Shown here one piece after another: positions 40,813 through 55,565 of a stretch of 64,000 nt of DNA. A model generated the notes under the pieces. It was not told where the DNA came from. It saw nothing but the letters and a program-made list of their open reading frames with translations, and ran no database searches. Both the position numbers and the translations under genes were made by a program. Positions within the stretch are counted from its first letter, which is position 1; every line of letters begins with the position of its first letter. This DNA comes from the human T2T-CHM13v2.0 reference genome, Homo sapiens. The stretch lies in NCBI RefSeq assembly GCF_009914755.1, contig NC_060933.1; one strand, written 5' to 3'.

Positions 40813-41751
40813 GACAGCAACATCCCTTTCTCTGACACATTCTCAATTGTTTCGTTTGTCACCTGGTGCCAAAAGAGGCTTGCACAGTTTCTGGTATAAC
40901 CATCGGTCACCAAGAATACACCCATGCTTATGTTAGTCTGCATGCATGACGTGTGCATGCATGTGGGTATGTTAAAAGAAAGAAAGAGAGAGGGAGAAGA
41001 AATTTCTATATACTTATTCCTTGAATACCACCCACTGAAGCTGACATCAAGATCGGAGAGACTGATGCTAACAGATTAAAGAGAAATTTTAACACCTCAT
41101 GAATCTACATCATCCAAGATAATTATTAGCATTTCCACTAAATAAATGACACCTCCCTAAATCCAGTGAAAGCATTAGACAAGAAAGCGTAAACACTGTA
41201 AGATATTTGTGGCAGAACAAAGAATAAGAAGGTTGGCATACGTCTTTCTAAATAAAGATGCCAACTGGAAGCAAGATAAATCCAGCAAATGTTCAGCAAC
41301 CCCATTGATTTGTTATGCATTTGCAGTGTTTTCAGGGAATGAGCAAAATAACAGCTAACAATCACTGGCCATAAGTTTTGCTTGCCATCCCACTGTTAAG
41401 AGAATCACGAGCACTTCCACTAGGCCAGCAGACATGCCTGGAACACTCTCAATGGTTGGACCTGCTCTCTGTATGTGCAGGTCTCGGAAAGGACAGCTTC
41501 TAAGTGACCTTTGACATCATTAATAAGCACAGAGAAAGTAGAAAGTAGTAGAGACGTTCCCTGTTAGCTGACTCAACTGGGAATGGGGAATGAGGCCTTT
41601 AAAATGGATAATTAACATTGACGTATTGCCTTTGGCCAAGCAGTCTTGGAACAATTAGCACTTTGTTTTCAGAGATCACTGCAAAGGCCCTGATTGATTG
41701 ATTGATTGTTTGATTGATTGATTGATTTTAGCAGTGGAAAAGATATTGGAT

Positions 41752-42027
41752 GACTGGTCTTCCCTTGTCCATGGTTTCGCTTTCTGTGGTTTCAGTTACC
41801 AGCAGTCAACCAAAGTCCAGAAACATGAAATAGAAAATTCCAGAAGTGAACAATTTATAAGTTTTAAATTGAATGTTGTTCTGAGCAGCATGATGAATTT
41901 CACATCAACCTGCTCCATCCTGCCTGGGACATGAATCATCCCTTTGTGAAGTGTTCCAATGCTGTCTATATAATACACCCATTAGTCACTTTGTAGCTAT
42001 CTCAGTTATCAGATCAAAGAAACATTT

Positions 42028-42069
<42 letters not shown>

Positions 42070-42160
42070 TACACACATACATGGACCAGCACTATCCTAG
42101 GTTTCAGGCACTTACTGAGTATCTTGGAACAGATCCCTCGTGTATAAAGGGGGACTACTG
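41752..42160. mobile_element. MER44/Tigger7 DNA transposon with internal (CA)n
   Basis: ggtttcgctttctgtggtttcagttacc; terminus ataaagggggactactg. Confidence 0.85.
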
Positions 42161-44180
42161 TGTTATATTTTTTGACTTACCAGTTTCCTGGAACAGAAAA
42201 TACATGTTTAGAGAAGGCTGAATTGATAAATGTGTGCATGATTTCTTGTGCATAAGTAGTTTAGATCAGTGGTTCAAAATGTAGTCTGAAGTACAATAGT
42301 ACTGAGTGTTCCACCAGCAAGTGTCCCTTAGCTTGGCTATTTGAAACTTGGCCAAACCTACCCTCTTATTCATTCCCTGAATTGTTCATTTGTTGGCCTT
42401 GAGTTTAATTTAAAGTCCAGACATTGCAGACATTGCATGCCTATGGGTTCAGCCAGGATTATCTTGGGGTTCCCCTTCATTCTGGTCATCCGTCATGTCC
42501 TAAGAGTGATTGAGAGGGGTCTTGGCTTAAGAGAGAGCCACTGGCATTAAGATGACTTTGGGGTGGCCGGAGCATGATTCTGGCCTCTGATGATACACTT
42601 TAAAGGAGAGCAGAGGACAGAAGACCCCAGGGCTAGTTGTGTCTCCCAGGGGGAAGAAGGATTGCCCCAATGCAAATTCCAAACATTTGACACTCGGAGA
42701 CTTTACATTAGACTCTGAGGAAGATATATCATAGAGAATGCACCAAGCAAATGCATGCTTCATATCACAAGCCGGGAATTTCTACTCACTGAGTCAGCCG
42801 AACTGGAGTTTCTGTGGACCCCAGGCCACTCTTGGTCCCTTTAGCTTAGGACCCAGTCTAGAGCCATAGGACCCAGTTTAGAAACATTGCCAAATGTTCT
42901 CTCTTTACCTCCCCAACATAGCCTCCACCTTGGTTGTCGTTCACTTCCAGTTCCTCCTCTGGCCACAATACTGCCCACCATATGGTCTAATTTCACAAAA
43001 GAAGCCACAGTTAGAACTGCTGGTCCACATACACCCAACAGATTAGTCTTATTAGTTCTGTGATGCTCTGCAGCCCTGGACACCTCAGCCACCCTCCCTA
43101 GACCAACATTGCAATGATCAGGGGCCTTGCTCATTCCCCAGACTCTTCCATGTCTGCAGAAACCACAGAAATGAAGCCTCAACCTCTGCTCTAAATGGGT
43201 CTCTCACTACCTAACTAACTAACTGAAAACTGTTTCTTCTTTACGGGCTTTGCTTTTCCTGTGGTCATCTCAAGTGGTGTTTATTTCCCTCACTCTCCTT
43301 CCCTGGGCCCAGAAGTGGAAAATGTGTCTATTCTTCTTTATTAAGACTTCATGACTATCATCACTCCTCCCTCACTACCCAGCCTCTGACTTTGAAGCCC
43401 ATGCCATAGGAGTCCAGAGCCTTCTGGCCCTTATTTTGGTAATTATTAGCATATTGCTCCCTGTTACTCCTTAAAGAGCTTAGTATCTGGCTTTCTGTCT
43501 TCTCTCAATCATGCTGTCATTATAATTGGCGACTTCAGCAGTCATGTAGACAAAAGTGTCTTACACTCACATCCCTTCATTTCTGCATCTTCTCCCTTGT
43601 GATGCTCTTTCCTGCCACCTCATCTCAGAAACACAGTCCCATGGTTAAATTCTAGACCTGATTGTCAATAGCAGCATTTCCTCCAAACTATTAAATGTGA
43701 GCTTCTTACTCTTTGACCACAACCTCTCAGTTTTCCAGACCACTTTCTCTAGTTCAACAACTAGAGAAACAACAACTGCAAACAATTTTTCCCCATGGAA
43801 CCCACCAAGCCATTGACCATTATTGATCTATTATCTTGCTCATGTATACACTTTCCTGGCTAAATGTTCTGGTGCCACACAATAATCATTCCTTTGAAAA
43901 TAATCTGAATGCTCTTGCCTCTTTCTCCCTGTGGTATACTTGCCCATGAAATCCCCAGCACTGGTTAAACAATCTGCTTAATCTGTGACAGGATCCCATG
44001 AGATGAACATGATAGCAGCCAGCACACAGCCATGACATTTAGCCACATTTTAACTTCGTGTTCACCAACATCAAGTGGATTTCTCAGCACTACCTGGCTA
44101 GGCTGCCTGAAATTCTTTATCTGTCTTCTCTCTCTCTCAGACAACTCATCCTTCTTACTCCCCAAATCTGCAAAACTCTC

Positions 44181-44513
44181 TGGTATGGTTTCAATGTGTC
44201 CCCTCCAAAACTCCGGTATTGACAATGTGATAGTATTAAGAGAAAGGGCCTTTAAGAGATGATTACACCATGAGGGCTCCTCCCTTATAATGGATTAGGT
44301 GCCCTCATAAAGGGCTTCAGTGAGGGATTTTGTCTGCTCTTGGGCCTTGCCACCTTCTGCTATGTAAGAATGCAGCAAGAAGGCCCACACAAGATGCCAG
44401 CACCTTGACTGTGGACTTCTCACCCTCCAGAACTGTGAGAAAATAGATTTCTGTTCTTTTTAAATTATTCAATCTTAGGTATTTTGTTAAAGAGCACAAA
44501 ACAGATGAGAACA
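44181..44513 (+). mobile_element. MSTD-like MaLR LTR
   Basis: tggtatggtttcaatgtgtcccctccaaaa .. gagaaca; TSD ctctc/ctccc. Confidence 0.8.
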
Positions 44514-45260
44514 CTCCCCTTCCTGCTCTCTCTAAGTTTCCTTACTTTATCTCTAAAAAATGGAGTAAAATCATATCTACTTTTGGACACAGAAACATGT
44601 TGTAATATATCCTATCAAATTAATTAATAAATATAGACCCCCAGAAAGCCCAATGTCCTTTCTACTCTCCTAACTACTTCTCCAGTTACCAAATCTTGAT
44701 TATAAAAATGAAGTAGAAAAAGTCATTCTTTTTTTAACCCAATACAATCAGACTTGTTTGTTATATCACCATTCCATAAGAATTGCTTTTGTTAAGTTCA
44801 CAAACAATCTAGTTCCCACATTATGAATTCAAAAGGTTATTGTTCAGTATTCACCTGATGATCTCTTAGCAACATTTGGCTCATCTGGTCAATCCCTCCT
44901 TTATGAAATGCTGCAGTCTGAGGTCCTCACCCTCCTGGATTTGCTCCTGCCTTCCTGAAAAAGCCTTTCCAGTCTCTTGTGCTAGTTTCTCCTTTTGGAA
45001 TCTTCCAAATTTTGGAGTTCCCTGAGCTTGGATTTTAGCCTTTTTCTCATCTCTATTTTCACTCATTCTCTAGAATATTTGTTTTCCAACTTTTTGTAAC
45101 ACAACACTTACATAAAGTAATGGTACGTTTATGACACACTGTGAAAAAATGGTCAAAGATGCATTCAGTGGAGTCAACTGGCCAAGGGTCTCCTGCAGTC
45201 ATAGGCTTCATCTAGCAGCCACAGAGGTTAAAGTCATCAATATTTCTCAAACTTATTATG

Positions 45261-45358
45261 TAGGCAATTATAGGAATGTATCATTTAATATGGGGACATT
45301 TTTGAAGTTGAAAGAGATGAGTTCAATGGTAAACAAGATGGGAGATGTGGTCACCCTA
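45261..45358. mobile_element. MER94-like hAT-Blackjack relic
   Basis: gggacatttttgaagttgaaag; terminus tggtcacccta. Confidence 0.5.
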
Positions 45359-45889
45359 CCTATCATCTTTTTGTGGTTCTTGATATCTTGTCCTTTACCC
45401 AGCTCTTCTTAAATTTCTATCTTGAGTCCTAGCTTTTCCTGGAACTCTTTTGTGAGTTCCAGACACACACATAGATCTGCCTATTTGACGAATCCACCTG
45501 GATGTCTGTTAGACACTAACAGATATGTCAAACTTAACATGTTAAAAGCAGATCTCTTGACCCTTCCCACTCTTAATTCACTCCTTCTCCATCTCAGTAA
45601 ATGACTCCACCATTTATTGCATTGTCCAGACTAAAACATAGGATTAATTTTGATTCTTCTCTCTTCCACACCTTAAAATCTACTATCAGAATATTCTACT
45701 GACTTTACTTTCAGAATATATGAAAAAAATCTACCCATTTCTTATCATCTTTTGCACCCATCCTAGTCGATATCATTTCTTAGCTAGATAGTTATTTTGT
45801 TACTTTCTAACAGGTTCCAGCTCTGATTATTGCTCTAGTATAATCTGTTTTCTACCTAGTAGAGTGATCTTTAAAAATATACATTCCCT

Positions 45890-47057
45890 ACAACGTCATT
45901 TCTAGGTCATAAGGTAGGCAAAAGTTTCGCTTGATAGCTATTGACAGTGTCTCAAAGTGTTTGTAACAGTTTCCTCTGCCGCAAGCAATTCTTGAGATTT
46001 CCAGTTGTTGGACAGTTTTTTTTCTTTTTAAAAATTTTGGCCATTCTGCTGAGTGGATAATAGTATCTTATTGTGGTTTTAATTTGCATTTGTCTAATAA
46101 CTATGGTTTTCTTTTGCTTAACTATTTTTTTTTTTTTTTTTGAGACGGAGTCTCGCTCTGTCACCGAGGCTGGAGTGCAGTGGTGCCATCTTGGCTCACT
46201 GCAAGCTCCGCCTCACTGGTTCACATCATTCTCCTGCCTCAGCCTCCTGAGTAGCTGGGACTACAGGCGCCCGCCACCACGCCCGGCTAATTTTTTGTAT
46301 TTTTAGTAGAGACAGGGTTTCACCACCTTAGCCAGGGTTGTCTCGATCTCCTGACCTCGTGATCTGCCCACCTCGGCCTCCCAAAGTGCTGGGATTACAG
46401 GTGTGAGCCACCGCGCCTGGCCAACTATTTAAATATTCTCTTTTAAAAGTGTCTTTTTAAGCTTTTGCCAGTTTTGGAGGGTAGCTTGTCTTTTGTGTAT
46501 TGATTTTTGAGAGTTTAAAAATATATTCTGTATAAATTATTTGTCAGATACATGTATCCTTAATATCCTCTCCCACTCTGTAGCTTGCCTTTTTTACTCA
46601 CTTAATTCCTCTTAATTCCAGCAATGCTACTTCTAGGTAATCAAGAGAAATTAGTGCATATCTTCATACACACAAAATGTCCAAATCTGTTCATAGCAGT
46701 TTTATTTATGATAGCTGAAAACCAGAAACAATATGAATGTCTATTTATATTAGAATGGATAAATTAGTTGTGGCATATTACAATGTAATACTACAGAGTA
46801 ATAAAAGGATTGCACTGTTGATATGTACAATAGAATGAATGAGCCTCACAGACATAATGAGGAGTGGGAAATCAAAGTCACATATTTATGGCTCCATTTC
46901 TATGAAGTTCCAGAACAAGCAGAATTCATTGATGGTGACAAAGGTCTAAATTGTAGTTGCCTCCTTGAGTTGTAGTTGCTCAGGGAATACTGGAGATGTT
47001 AGGGACATCTTATATGTTGACTTGAGATGTGTGCATAGGTAAAAATCCACTGAAATA
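45890..47057. mobile_element. L1ME 3' insertion with inverted 5' part (antisense 45890-46606, sense 46613-47057)
   Basis: Antisense ORF2-end motifs, then sense ccagcaatgctacttctagg..gaatggataaa..aaaatccactga. Confidence 0.7.
46125..46422 (-). mobile_element. AluY
   Basis: AluY motifs; TSD aactattt. Confidence 0.95.
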
Positions 47058-47589
47058 CCATCCAAAATACCATCCACACTTCCTCCAGAGCCTGCAAGGC
47101 CCCACATCTAACCTCTGCCTCTCTGTCTGACCTCATTTACTATCAATTTCTGGCTTACCTTGCTGGGATGCTGGTGACTAACTGTTGCTGTATGAACATT
47201 GCAAACCTGCTCCTTCCTCAAAGCCTTTATCCTTGCTGTTTTCTGCACCCAAACTGTTCTTCTTCCAGACACCCACTTGGTTTACAGCTTTGTGTCATCT
47301 ATGCCTGTTCAAGTGTCACCTCCAAAGCTTCCCCTAACTGCCTTGTCCAAAATTTGCACAACCTTCACCTACCATCTTCTTACTCTGCTTCCCTCACCAT
47401 GTAACATTTATCACCATTAGAAATTATAATAAATATTTACTTATTTATCGTTTATCAGCTGACTTTCAAATATGTGAGAATATAAACTCCATGAAAACAA
47501 TCTTTGATTTGTTTACACCAGTATGCACTGTGCCTAGCTGACAGTAGATACTCAATAAATATTTTTTGAGAAAATAAATGAGCAAGTAT

Positions 47590-48830
47590 AGGAAGCTCAA
47601 TTTTGATATCATTTGTTTCTAAATACTCTATAATTTCTGTTGCAATTTCCTTTTTATTTCCTTATTTCCTTAAAAACTTATCTTATTATCTAAATATAGA
47701 TTTTTAAAAGGCTATTTTTGTATTGTTAGTTTCTGATGTAATTGCATTATAATCTGAAAGATAGCAATTCTTTGAAATTTAGTGAAATTTCCTTTGTAAA
47801 CTAGTACATGGCCACTTTTGGCAAATATTTCATGTTGAAAAGATAAGTATTCTCCATGAGATAAGGGCAGGTTTCTACATGTTTATATATTCTCCATGAA
47901 TACATATCAGATTTATTATTTGCATTGATATAGCTTACCTCTTTATAAAATGTAGCGTATTTGATCTATCAGCTTATGATTTATTTGAACTAACTTCTCC
48001 TTTGATGACTGTGGATTTATTAAATTCTCCTTGCAGTTCTATTTTTCTTTTTGTATTTTGAAACTTTGATGCATACCAGTTCTTCTTTGTATATTTTGAT
48101 GAATTTATTTTTGTTTGCTTTTGTATACTGTCCCTTTTTAATAATTTAGGCCTTTAATTTTGTATTGTCTGATATAAATATACACACAACAGCTTTATTT
48201 CTATAAGAATTTGCTGACATTTTGCTTTTTTTAAAAATATTCAATTATCTGGGCCGGGTGCAATGGCTCACGCCTGTAATCCCAGCCCTTTGGGAGGCCA
48301 AGGCAGGCAGATCACGAGGTCAGGAGATTGAGACCACCCTGGATAACGTGGTGAAACCCCATCTCTAATTAAAAAATACAGAAAAATCAGTTGGGTGTGT
48401 TCGCGTGTGCCTGTAGTCCCAGCTACTCAGGAGGCTGAGGCAGGAGAATGGCGTGAACCTGGGGCTTGCAGTGAGCCAAGATCACGCCGCTGCACTCCAG
48501 CCTGGGTGACAGAGCCAGACTCCATCTCAAAAAAAAAAAAAAAAAAAAAAAATTCAATTATCTGTGTCACTATATCCAGTCTAAGAGTAACTGTCCTGTC
48601 TTAAAGTAGATTAATCTAATCTTCTTAGCTTTATTGTGATCACTGATAATATTTTTATATTTTAAAACTTTTTCACTTTTGTTTTGCTTTTCTTCATTTT
48701 CTTCCTTGCCTTCCATTGGATATTTAAAGTCTTCTTTATTCTGCTTTTTTTTTTCATTCTGGTTTGGAAGTTATCAAATATACTTCTTGTGTATGTGTGA
48801 TTATCTTTAAAATTTTAACTTGTACTCCAA
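47590..48830 (-). mobile_element. Old L1ME ORF2 5' fragment
   Basis: ttctttgaaatttagtgaa; ttgtctgatataaatat; ttattgtgatcactgata. Confidence 0.65.
48251..48552 (+). mobile_element. Alu SINE (AluY-like)
   Basis: Dimer; TSD attcaattatct. Confidence 0.93.
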
Positions 48831-48933
48831 CACCCAGGCTGGAGTTCAGTGGTGCGATCTCAGCTCACCGCAACTTCCCCCTCCCAGGTTCAAGTGATTC
48901 TCATGGCTCAGCCTCCCAAGTAGCTGAGACTAC
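48831..48933 (-). repeat. Isolated 103-bp internal Alu fragment, copy of 50268-50370
   Basis: No head, tail or TSD; 95/103 identical; shares four non-consensus bases with the neighbouring Alu. Confidence 0.85.
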
Positions 48934-49040
48934 TTTGTATGGGCATTTCCCACTCATATTAGTAAGCCAAAAACCAAATGTACGTCATGAAAATGCTGAC
49001 TATGAACCTAGTTCCATTATTTTTCTGAACGTTGACACAT

Positions 49041-49280
49041 TATACTCGTTTTCTATTTGCTTTTGTAACAGATTATTACAAACTCGGTGGCTTAAATAAT
49101 ATAAACTTACCGTCTTACAGTCTGGAATGCAGCAGTATAAAATGAGTTTCAGTGGATTAAATCCAAGGTGTTGACAGGACTGTATTTCCTTCTAGAGGCC
49201 CTGGAAGAAAACGTTTTCTTGACTTTTCCAGCTTCTAGAGGCCACCACGTGCCCTGGCTCATGGCTTCTTCATCCTTCAT
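49041..49280 (-). mobile_element. MLT1C/D-like LTR fragment
   Basis: acaaactcggtggcttaaa; ttttccagcttctagaggcc. Confidence 0.75.
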
Positions 49281-49712
49281 TTCCTGCACTACTGTCTTCT
49301 TTGGTGTTTAGCTACATTTTTTCTTGTAGTGAATTAAATTTACTTCTTGTTTGCTTTTGTGTATATTCTTCAAACAATTTTTCGGTTATCATGTGACTAC
49401 ATTTAACATCCTAAAGTTATAATACTCTCATTTGAACGTATACTATCTTAAGTTAAATAATGTACAAAAATATGTTCTTTTAACAGCTTTGTCTACACTC
49501 TTTTCAGTTGTTAATGTCACAAAATTATTACTTTGTACATTGTCCAAAAACATAAATTAATAATTTTTATGCATCAGTTTCTGAAATTATTTAGAAAACA
49601 ATGTGAAGTTACAAATCAAGGTGACCATAATACTATCTTTTAGGCTAATAATTACTTTTTAAATGTATTAGTCTTCTAAATCATGTAGAAAACAAAAAGT
49701 GGAGTTAAATAA

Positions 49713-50055
<343 letters not shown>

Positions 50056-50221
50056 AGGAACTTTATTTCTTTATATGGCTTTGAGCTACTATTCAGTGTC
50101 CTTTCATTTCAGCCTCTGGGACTCCCTCTATCATTTCTTTTAGAGGTGGTATAGTCATAACAAACTCTCTCAGCTTTTGGTTTTTTTGCAACTTCTTAGT
50201 TTTTCCATTATTCTTATTCTT

Positions 50222-50528
50222 ATTGTTTTATTTTGTTTTTATTTTTTGTGTAAGAGTCTCGCCATGTCACCCAGGCTGGAGTTCAGTGGTGCAATCTTGG
50301 CTCACTGCAACTTCCACCTCCCAGGTTCAAGTGATTCTCATGCCTCAGCCTCCTGAGTAGCTGAGACTACAGGTGCACACCACCACACCCGGCTAATTTT
50401 TGTATTTTTAGTAGAGACAGAGTTTCACCATGTTGACCAGGCTGATCTTGAACTCCTGGCCTCAGGTGATCCACCTGCCTCTGCCTCCCCAGATGCTGGA
50501 ATTACAGGCATGAACCACTGCACCCGAC
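50222..50528 (-). mobile_element. AluSx-like
   Basis: cctcaggtgatccacc motif; dimer. Confidence 0.92.
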
Positions 50529-51110
50529 TAGTTTTTCCTTGATTTTTGAAGGACAGTTTTGCTGGATATACAATTCCTAGTTGACAGCTTTCTTGGGGGG
50601 GGGGTTGTTGCCATTGTTCATTTCAGCACTTTAAATATACTAGCCCATTGTTTTCTGTCTATCAAAGTTTCTGATGTAAAATATGATGGTGTTATTGAGG
50701 GCCCCTTATATATAATGAGCCACCTTTCTTGCCACTTTCAAAATTCTCTTTGTCTTTTGATGATTTGATTACAATGTGCCTTGGTGTGGGTTCTTTGAGT
50801 TCATCCAATTTGTGTTTTCTGAGCTTCTTAGATATTTATATTAATGTCTTTCATCAAATTTAGAAAGCTGTGGACCATTATTTTTTCAAATATTCTCTCT
50901 GATTCTTTCTCTGTCTTTTCCCCTTCTAGGCTTCCCACAATGCATATGTGGTCCGCTTGATGGTATCCTACAGGGTCTTTAGGCTTCATTCACTTCTTGA
51001 ATATTCTCTTTCTGTTCCTCAGACTGGATAATTTCCATTGTTCTGTCTTTATGTTCACAGATTCTTTCCCTACCTGCTCAAATCTGCCCTCTAGTAAATT
51101 TTTTATTTGA

Positions 51111-51456
<346 letters not shown>

Positions 51457-53219
51457 GCTCCGAATTTCTTTTTGGCTTCTTTTTAGGTTTTCAATCTCTG
51501 TATTAATATTTCCATTTTGCTCATACATTGTTTTCTTGACCATTGTATGTCCTACTTTAGTTCTTTGAGACTCTCTAGTACAAATGTTTTGAAGTTTTTC
51601 TTGTAGCTCTGCCATCAGGTCTTTTTCAGGGACAATTTCTGTTGGCTCACTTTTTTTTAATCTTTGAGTGGACCATATTATCCTGCTTCTTTGTATACTT
51701 TGTGATTTTTTTGTCAAAATTGCATATTTGAATCTAATAATGTGTTAACTCTGAAAATCAGATTCACTCCCTTCCCCAGGCTTTGCTACTTTAAAAAGTT
51801 GGTGTAGCTTGTGTCTTTGCTAAGGATTATCTTGACATATAAACTTAAGGTCATCTTGGGTCTTTTCTGAGCCTTCATCTTCCTCTGGAGATTTGTGGTT
51901 ATTCCCTAATTTCCCTCATGTAAGTGGAGACTTTTGAATCTCCTAATCTTCAGTATCTGTCTACCAAAAGAGGAAATAAAGAGGTACAAGGGGACTTGGT
52001 CTTTTAAACTCCCAGAAAGTCACTTCAGCCATAGAAAAAAGTGACCCAAACCATGAAGGTGCAACAACCATGGCCACTGGACTCTTTGTCTGCACTTTGG
52101 TAATCAGAAGCAGCAACTAGTGATCAGACCATAGATTCTTAAATTAACATTTGGAGGACAGGGTCCTTTTTGACCACACTGGCTTCTGCAAGCTGTGTGC
52201 AAATTGGCAGAGAAACACTTGGACAGCTGTGGGGTGGAGGATGGGTTGCTGCTACAGTGCTAAGAGCTACAGTTGACATAAATTAACTGCAAATTACCAT
52301 CCAAGCCTTCCCCTGGAAGCTGCAAGCCTCTAATTGATTCCAGAGTTGCAAGATAGTTACATCAGACAGATTCTGCCAGTGAAATTGTTGTCTAGTGAGA
52401 AGACAGATTTCTGGCACTTCCTACTCTTACATCTTCTCCAAATTTTCCTTTTCATTATTTCCATTCGGTAAAAGTATAAGATGTTACACATCAACTAAAA
52501 CCACTAGTGAATGTCCTAAAGCAAAGTGCACACACACACACACACACATCCAATAAATAATGAAGTTGGTGTTAAGATGCAAAATTGTTAAAGTATTGCT
52601 TTTGGATTACTAATTAACATGATAATTAGCAAACAGTTGCTTTGAATTCAGCATTATGTCTTTGCTTGGCATTTGCAACATCTCTAGTGCACATTGAAGG
52701 GTTTTTAAAATGGCTAAAGATGACTATCATGTTAGACCAATTGTATTTGGAAGGGAACCCAAGGCTTTTGCTATATATCATTTTGGTTAATATACTATGT
52801 TGAATTTAGGGAATCTAAATACAAGTTTTATTCATATAAACATTAACCAAAGTATGAGATATATATCTATATAGATACAGATAGATATTCATTCTATGAA
52901 ATTTAAATGTTCTACCTAGAAAACAGTCGCTGATGAGATTTTAAGGCATGCCTAAATGGGGAAACATATTTTTATTTTAGATCCTTGATCCTTCTTCTGA
53001 GCAAACAAGGAACTTTATGTGCTTTTACTATCCACTAAATCTTCTGTTCTCATCTTTCTTATTACTTCAAAAAATTTTAATTTTACTGTTTCTTCGAAAC
53101 AAAATTGCTGTTATTACTATTTTTTAAACTATGATGAGCTCATTAGATGTTACAAAAAGGTTTACAAAATCTTTTCTTTCTTGTGTTACCTGTATTTCAC
53201 TCATTTCTCTGGAACTCTC

Positions 53220-54336
53220 TACCCTCTCTTTAGGAAGGTTTTCTGGATGTTAATCTACTTTGTATCTTTCTATGTTTGAAAATGTTTCTACTTCATCCTC
53301 ATTCTTGAAAGATAGTTTAAGTAGGTACAGGGTTAACAATGACGCTCTCTACTTCTGTATTTCTTGACAAACCCTGACCCTAGAATGCAATTCAAACAAC
53401 AGGCTACTTGCATTGCTCTGAATCCTCCACAAAGCCCCAGGAGAGAAGCAGCTGAATTTTCCTGTCCCTGAGCCCTGAAGTTTCTGTCTAAACATGAAGC
53501 AGGTGAGCAAGCACTGAGAATTAATTACCCCTTTTGCCACATACATTATATCATTTCCTTATGATCTCCTTCTGGGTCTACGATATGAACGTCTTCCAAA
53601 TTAGACCTTTCTCCAGAGTGCTGCTTAATTCCCAAATATTGTTTGGTTCATTTTCATGTGGACATATTATTATTATAATGCTTTTATAGTAAGGTGCAGG
53701 GTCAAGTTACAAGGTCAAAAAGAGCGTGAATATGTAATAAAGCTTCATGAGACGCTATATGCTGTTGGGGACCATCTCTATAGTGATGAAAAGAATGAGA
53801 GGCACTCTCCAGTTTCGCCTATTTTCCCTCCTTGCTTTTTCTCTCCCTTTCCAAGATTAGATTCTCTTGAATTTATGTATTTTAATTCTCAGTTTCTCTT
53901 CTCTAATCCTGATGCATTTTTCCCTTCTCCTGTTCAACAGATTTTTCTCTGGTTAATGCTTTCTATTCAACATACAGAATTCTAGATTGGAAGTGGTGAT
54001 TTTAAGACTGAAATGATTTTATTGTCTTCTGGTATCTATTGCCACTAATGACAAATCTGCTAATTGCCAGTCCTTTGTGGGTCTTTTTTCTCTGGTAGTT
54101 TTAAAAACTTTTTTTTCTTTAATAGCCTTTTGCTTTACCCCAATATGACTAGGCTAATTTTTCTTTACCTTGTTATTCATTTCTTCCTCCAGTCTGAAAA
54201 ATTCTCAGTGAGTTTTTCAAACATGAGTTTATATCTTCAACTGTTTTCTCTTTCTGTGCTGTGTAGGCAGATATTATTTAGTTTATCTTCTTATTTACTG
54301 AATATTCCCTCCCTTCCCTCCCTCCCTCCCTTCCTT

Positions 54337-54375
<39 letters not shown>

Positions 54376-55565
54376 CTTTCCCTCAGATGGAGTCTCGCTC
54401 TGTTGCCCAGGCTGGAGTGCAGTGGTGCGATCTTGGCTCACTATAAGCTCCGCCTCCCAGATTCATGCCATTCTCCTGCATCAGCCTTCTGAGTACCTGG
54501 GACTACAGGCGCCCACCACCATGCCCAGCTAATTATTTTGAATTTTTAGTAGAGATGGGGTTTCACCATGTTAGCCAGGATGGTCTCGATCTCCTGACCT
54601 CGTGATCCACCCACCTCGGCCTCCCAAAGTGCTGGGATTACAGGAGTGAGCCAACACACCTGGCCTGAATATTCTTTCTTTTAAAGAGAAAAATGATAGA
54701 TAATGTTTATACTGTCTTTCAAGAGTTTTTTAAATTTCAATGACTATATTTGCCATTTCTAACATTTCTAATTGATTACTTTTTAGGTACACATGTTCCC
54801 TGTGCTTTCCTTCATAATATTTTTCAATGCAGCTATATCCCTCTTTTGTCTTTCAGAAGATATGAAAAAATTATATTACAGCTGTAATATACAGCTGTGT
54901 TGGGCTACTTTGCTAGTCTTGAGTGAATACTCTGCTGTATTTGCTGCCTGGTTAGTGTTGGTTTCTGCTGTGTGGTCAGAATTTTATTTTGCAAATGCAT
55001 CTTGAAGAAGAAATTTTAGTTTTTTCTCTGTAATCACCCCAGATGTTTTAGAAGCTTCATTATTGCTCTCATCACCTTATCCCTATGGCTTCATAAAGGC
55101 CACAGTTCCTGTATGGACAGCCTGAGCTTCCTGTCCTGGAGTGACACTCAGTATATCTGAGATCAAGTTCTCGAGGTAGCAGTGGCTTGGCCAGGTCCTG
55201 GCACTATGCATGTGTCTGCTGAGCAGCCTGTGCCCTCCGCTCCCCGGGTATGGCCTGTGTCACCAGCGCTAGCTTCAGCAGCCTTATGCAGTACACCTAG
55301 TTCTCATCCTCCACACAAACAGCGTGCTTTCAGTGTGGTTGTCTCTCAGGAGTGTAAGAGATCACACCTCTGTCTCTTTCCACTTCTGAAGGCTATGAGG
55401 CTGCAGCTTGCTGTCTCAGGCCTCAAGCTTCCCTCTATGTTTCTGACCCATTTCTGATCCATGAAACTATGTGTGCCTGTTTTTACCTTATTTTTTGTGT
55501 TACCTATGATTTCTATGTGGGCGAAGGAGGTAGGATTAAATGCTTGATCTCACAGTGCCATTCTG
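53220..55565 (-). mobile_element. Old L1ME 5'/ORF1 fragments
   Basis: cctcattcttgaaagatagttt..gaattctagattgg; ttgtcttctggtatctattgcc. Confidence 0.55.
54308..54665 (-). mobile_element. AluY with CT-rich microsatellite tail
   Basis: AluY motifs; TSD ctgaatattc. Confidence 0.93.

Larger units (their letters stand above)
43330..47585 (+). mobile_element. Long fragmented L2 (endonuclease region to 3' end), interrupted by MSTD, MER94, L1ME and AluY
   Basis: IIIGDFSSHV and HG*ILDLIV endonuclease-like remnants (~43520, ~43640); tcaaacttaacatg; 3' gtgcctagc..tagatactcaataaatattt. Confidence 0.7.
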
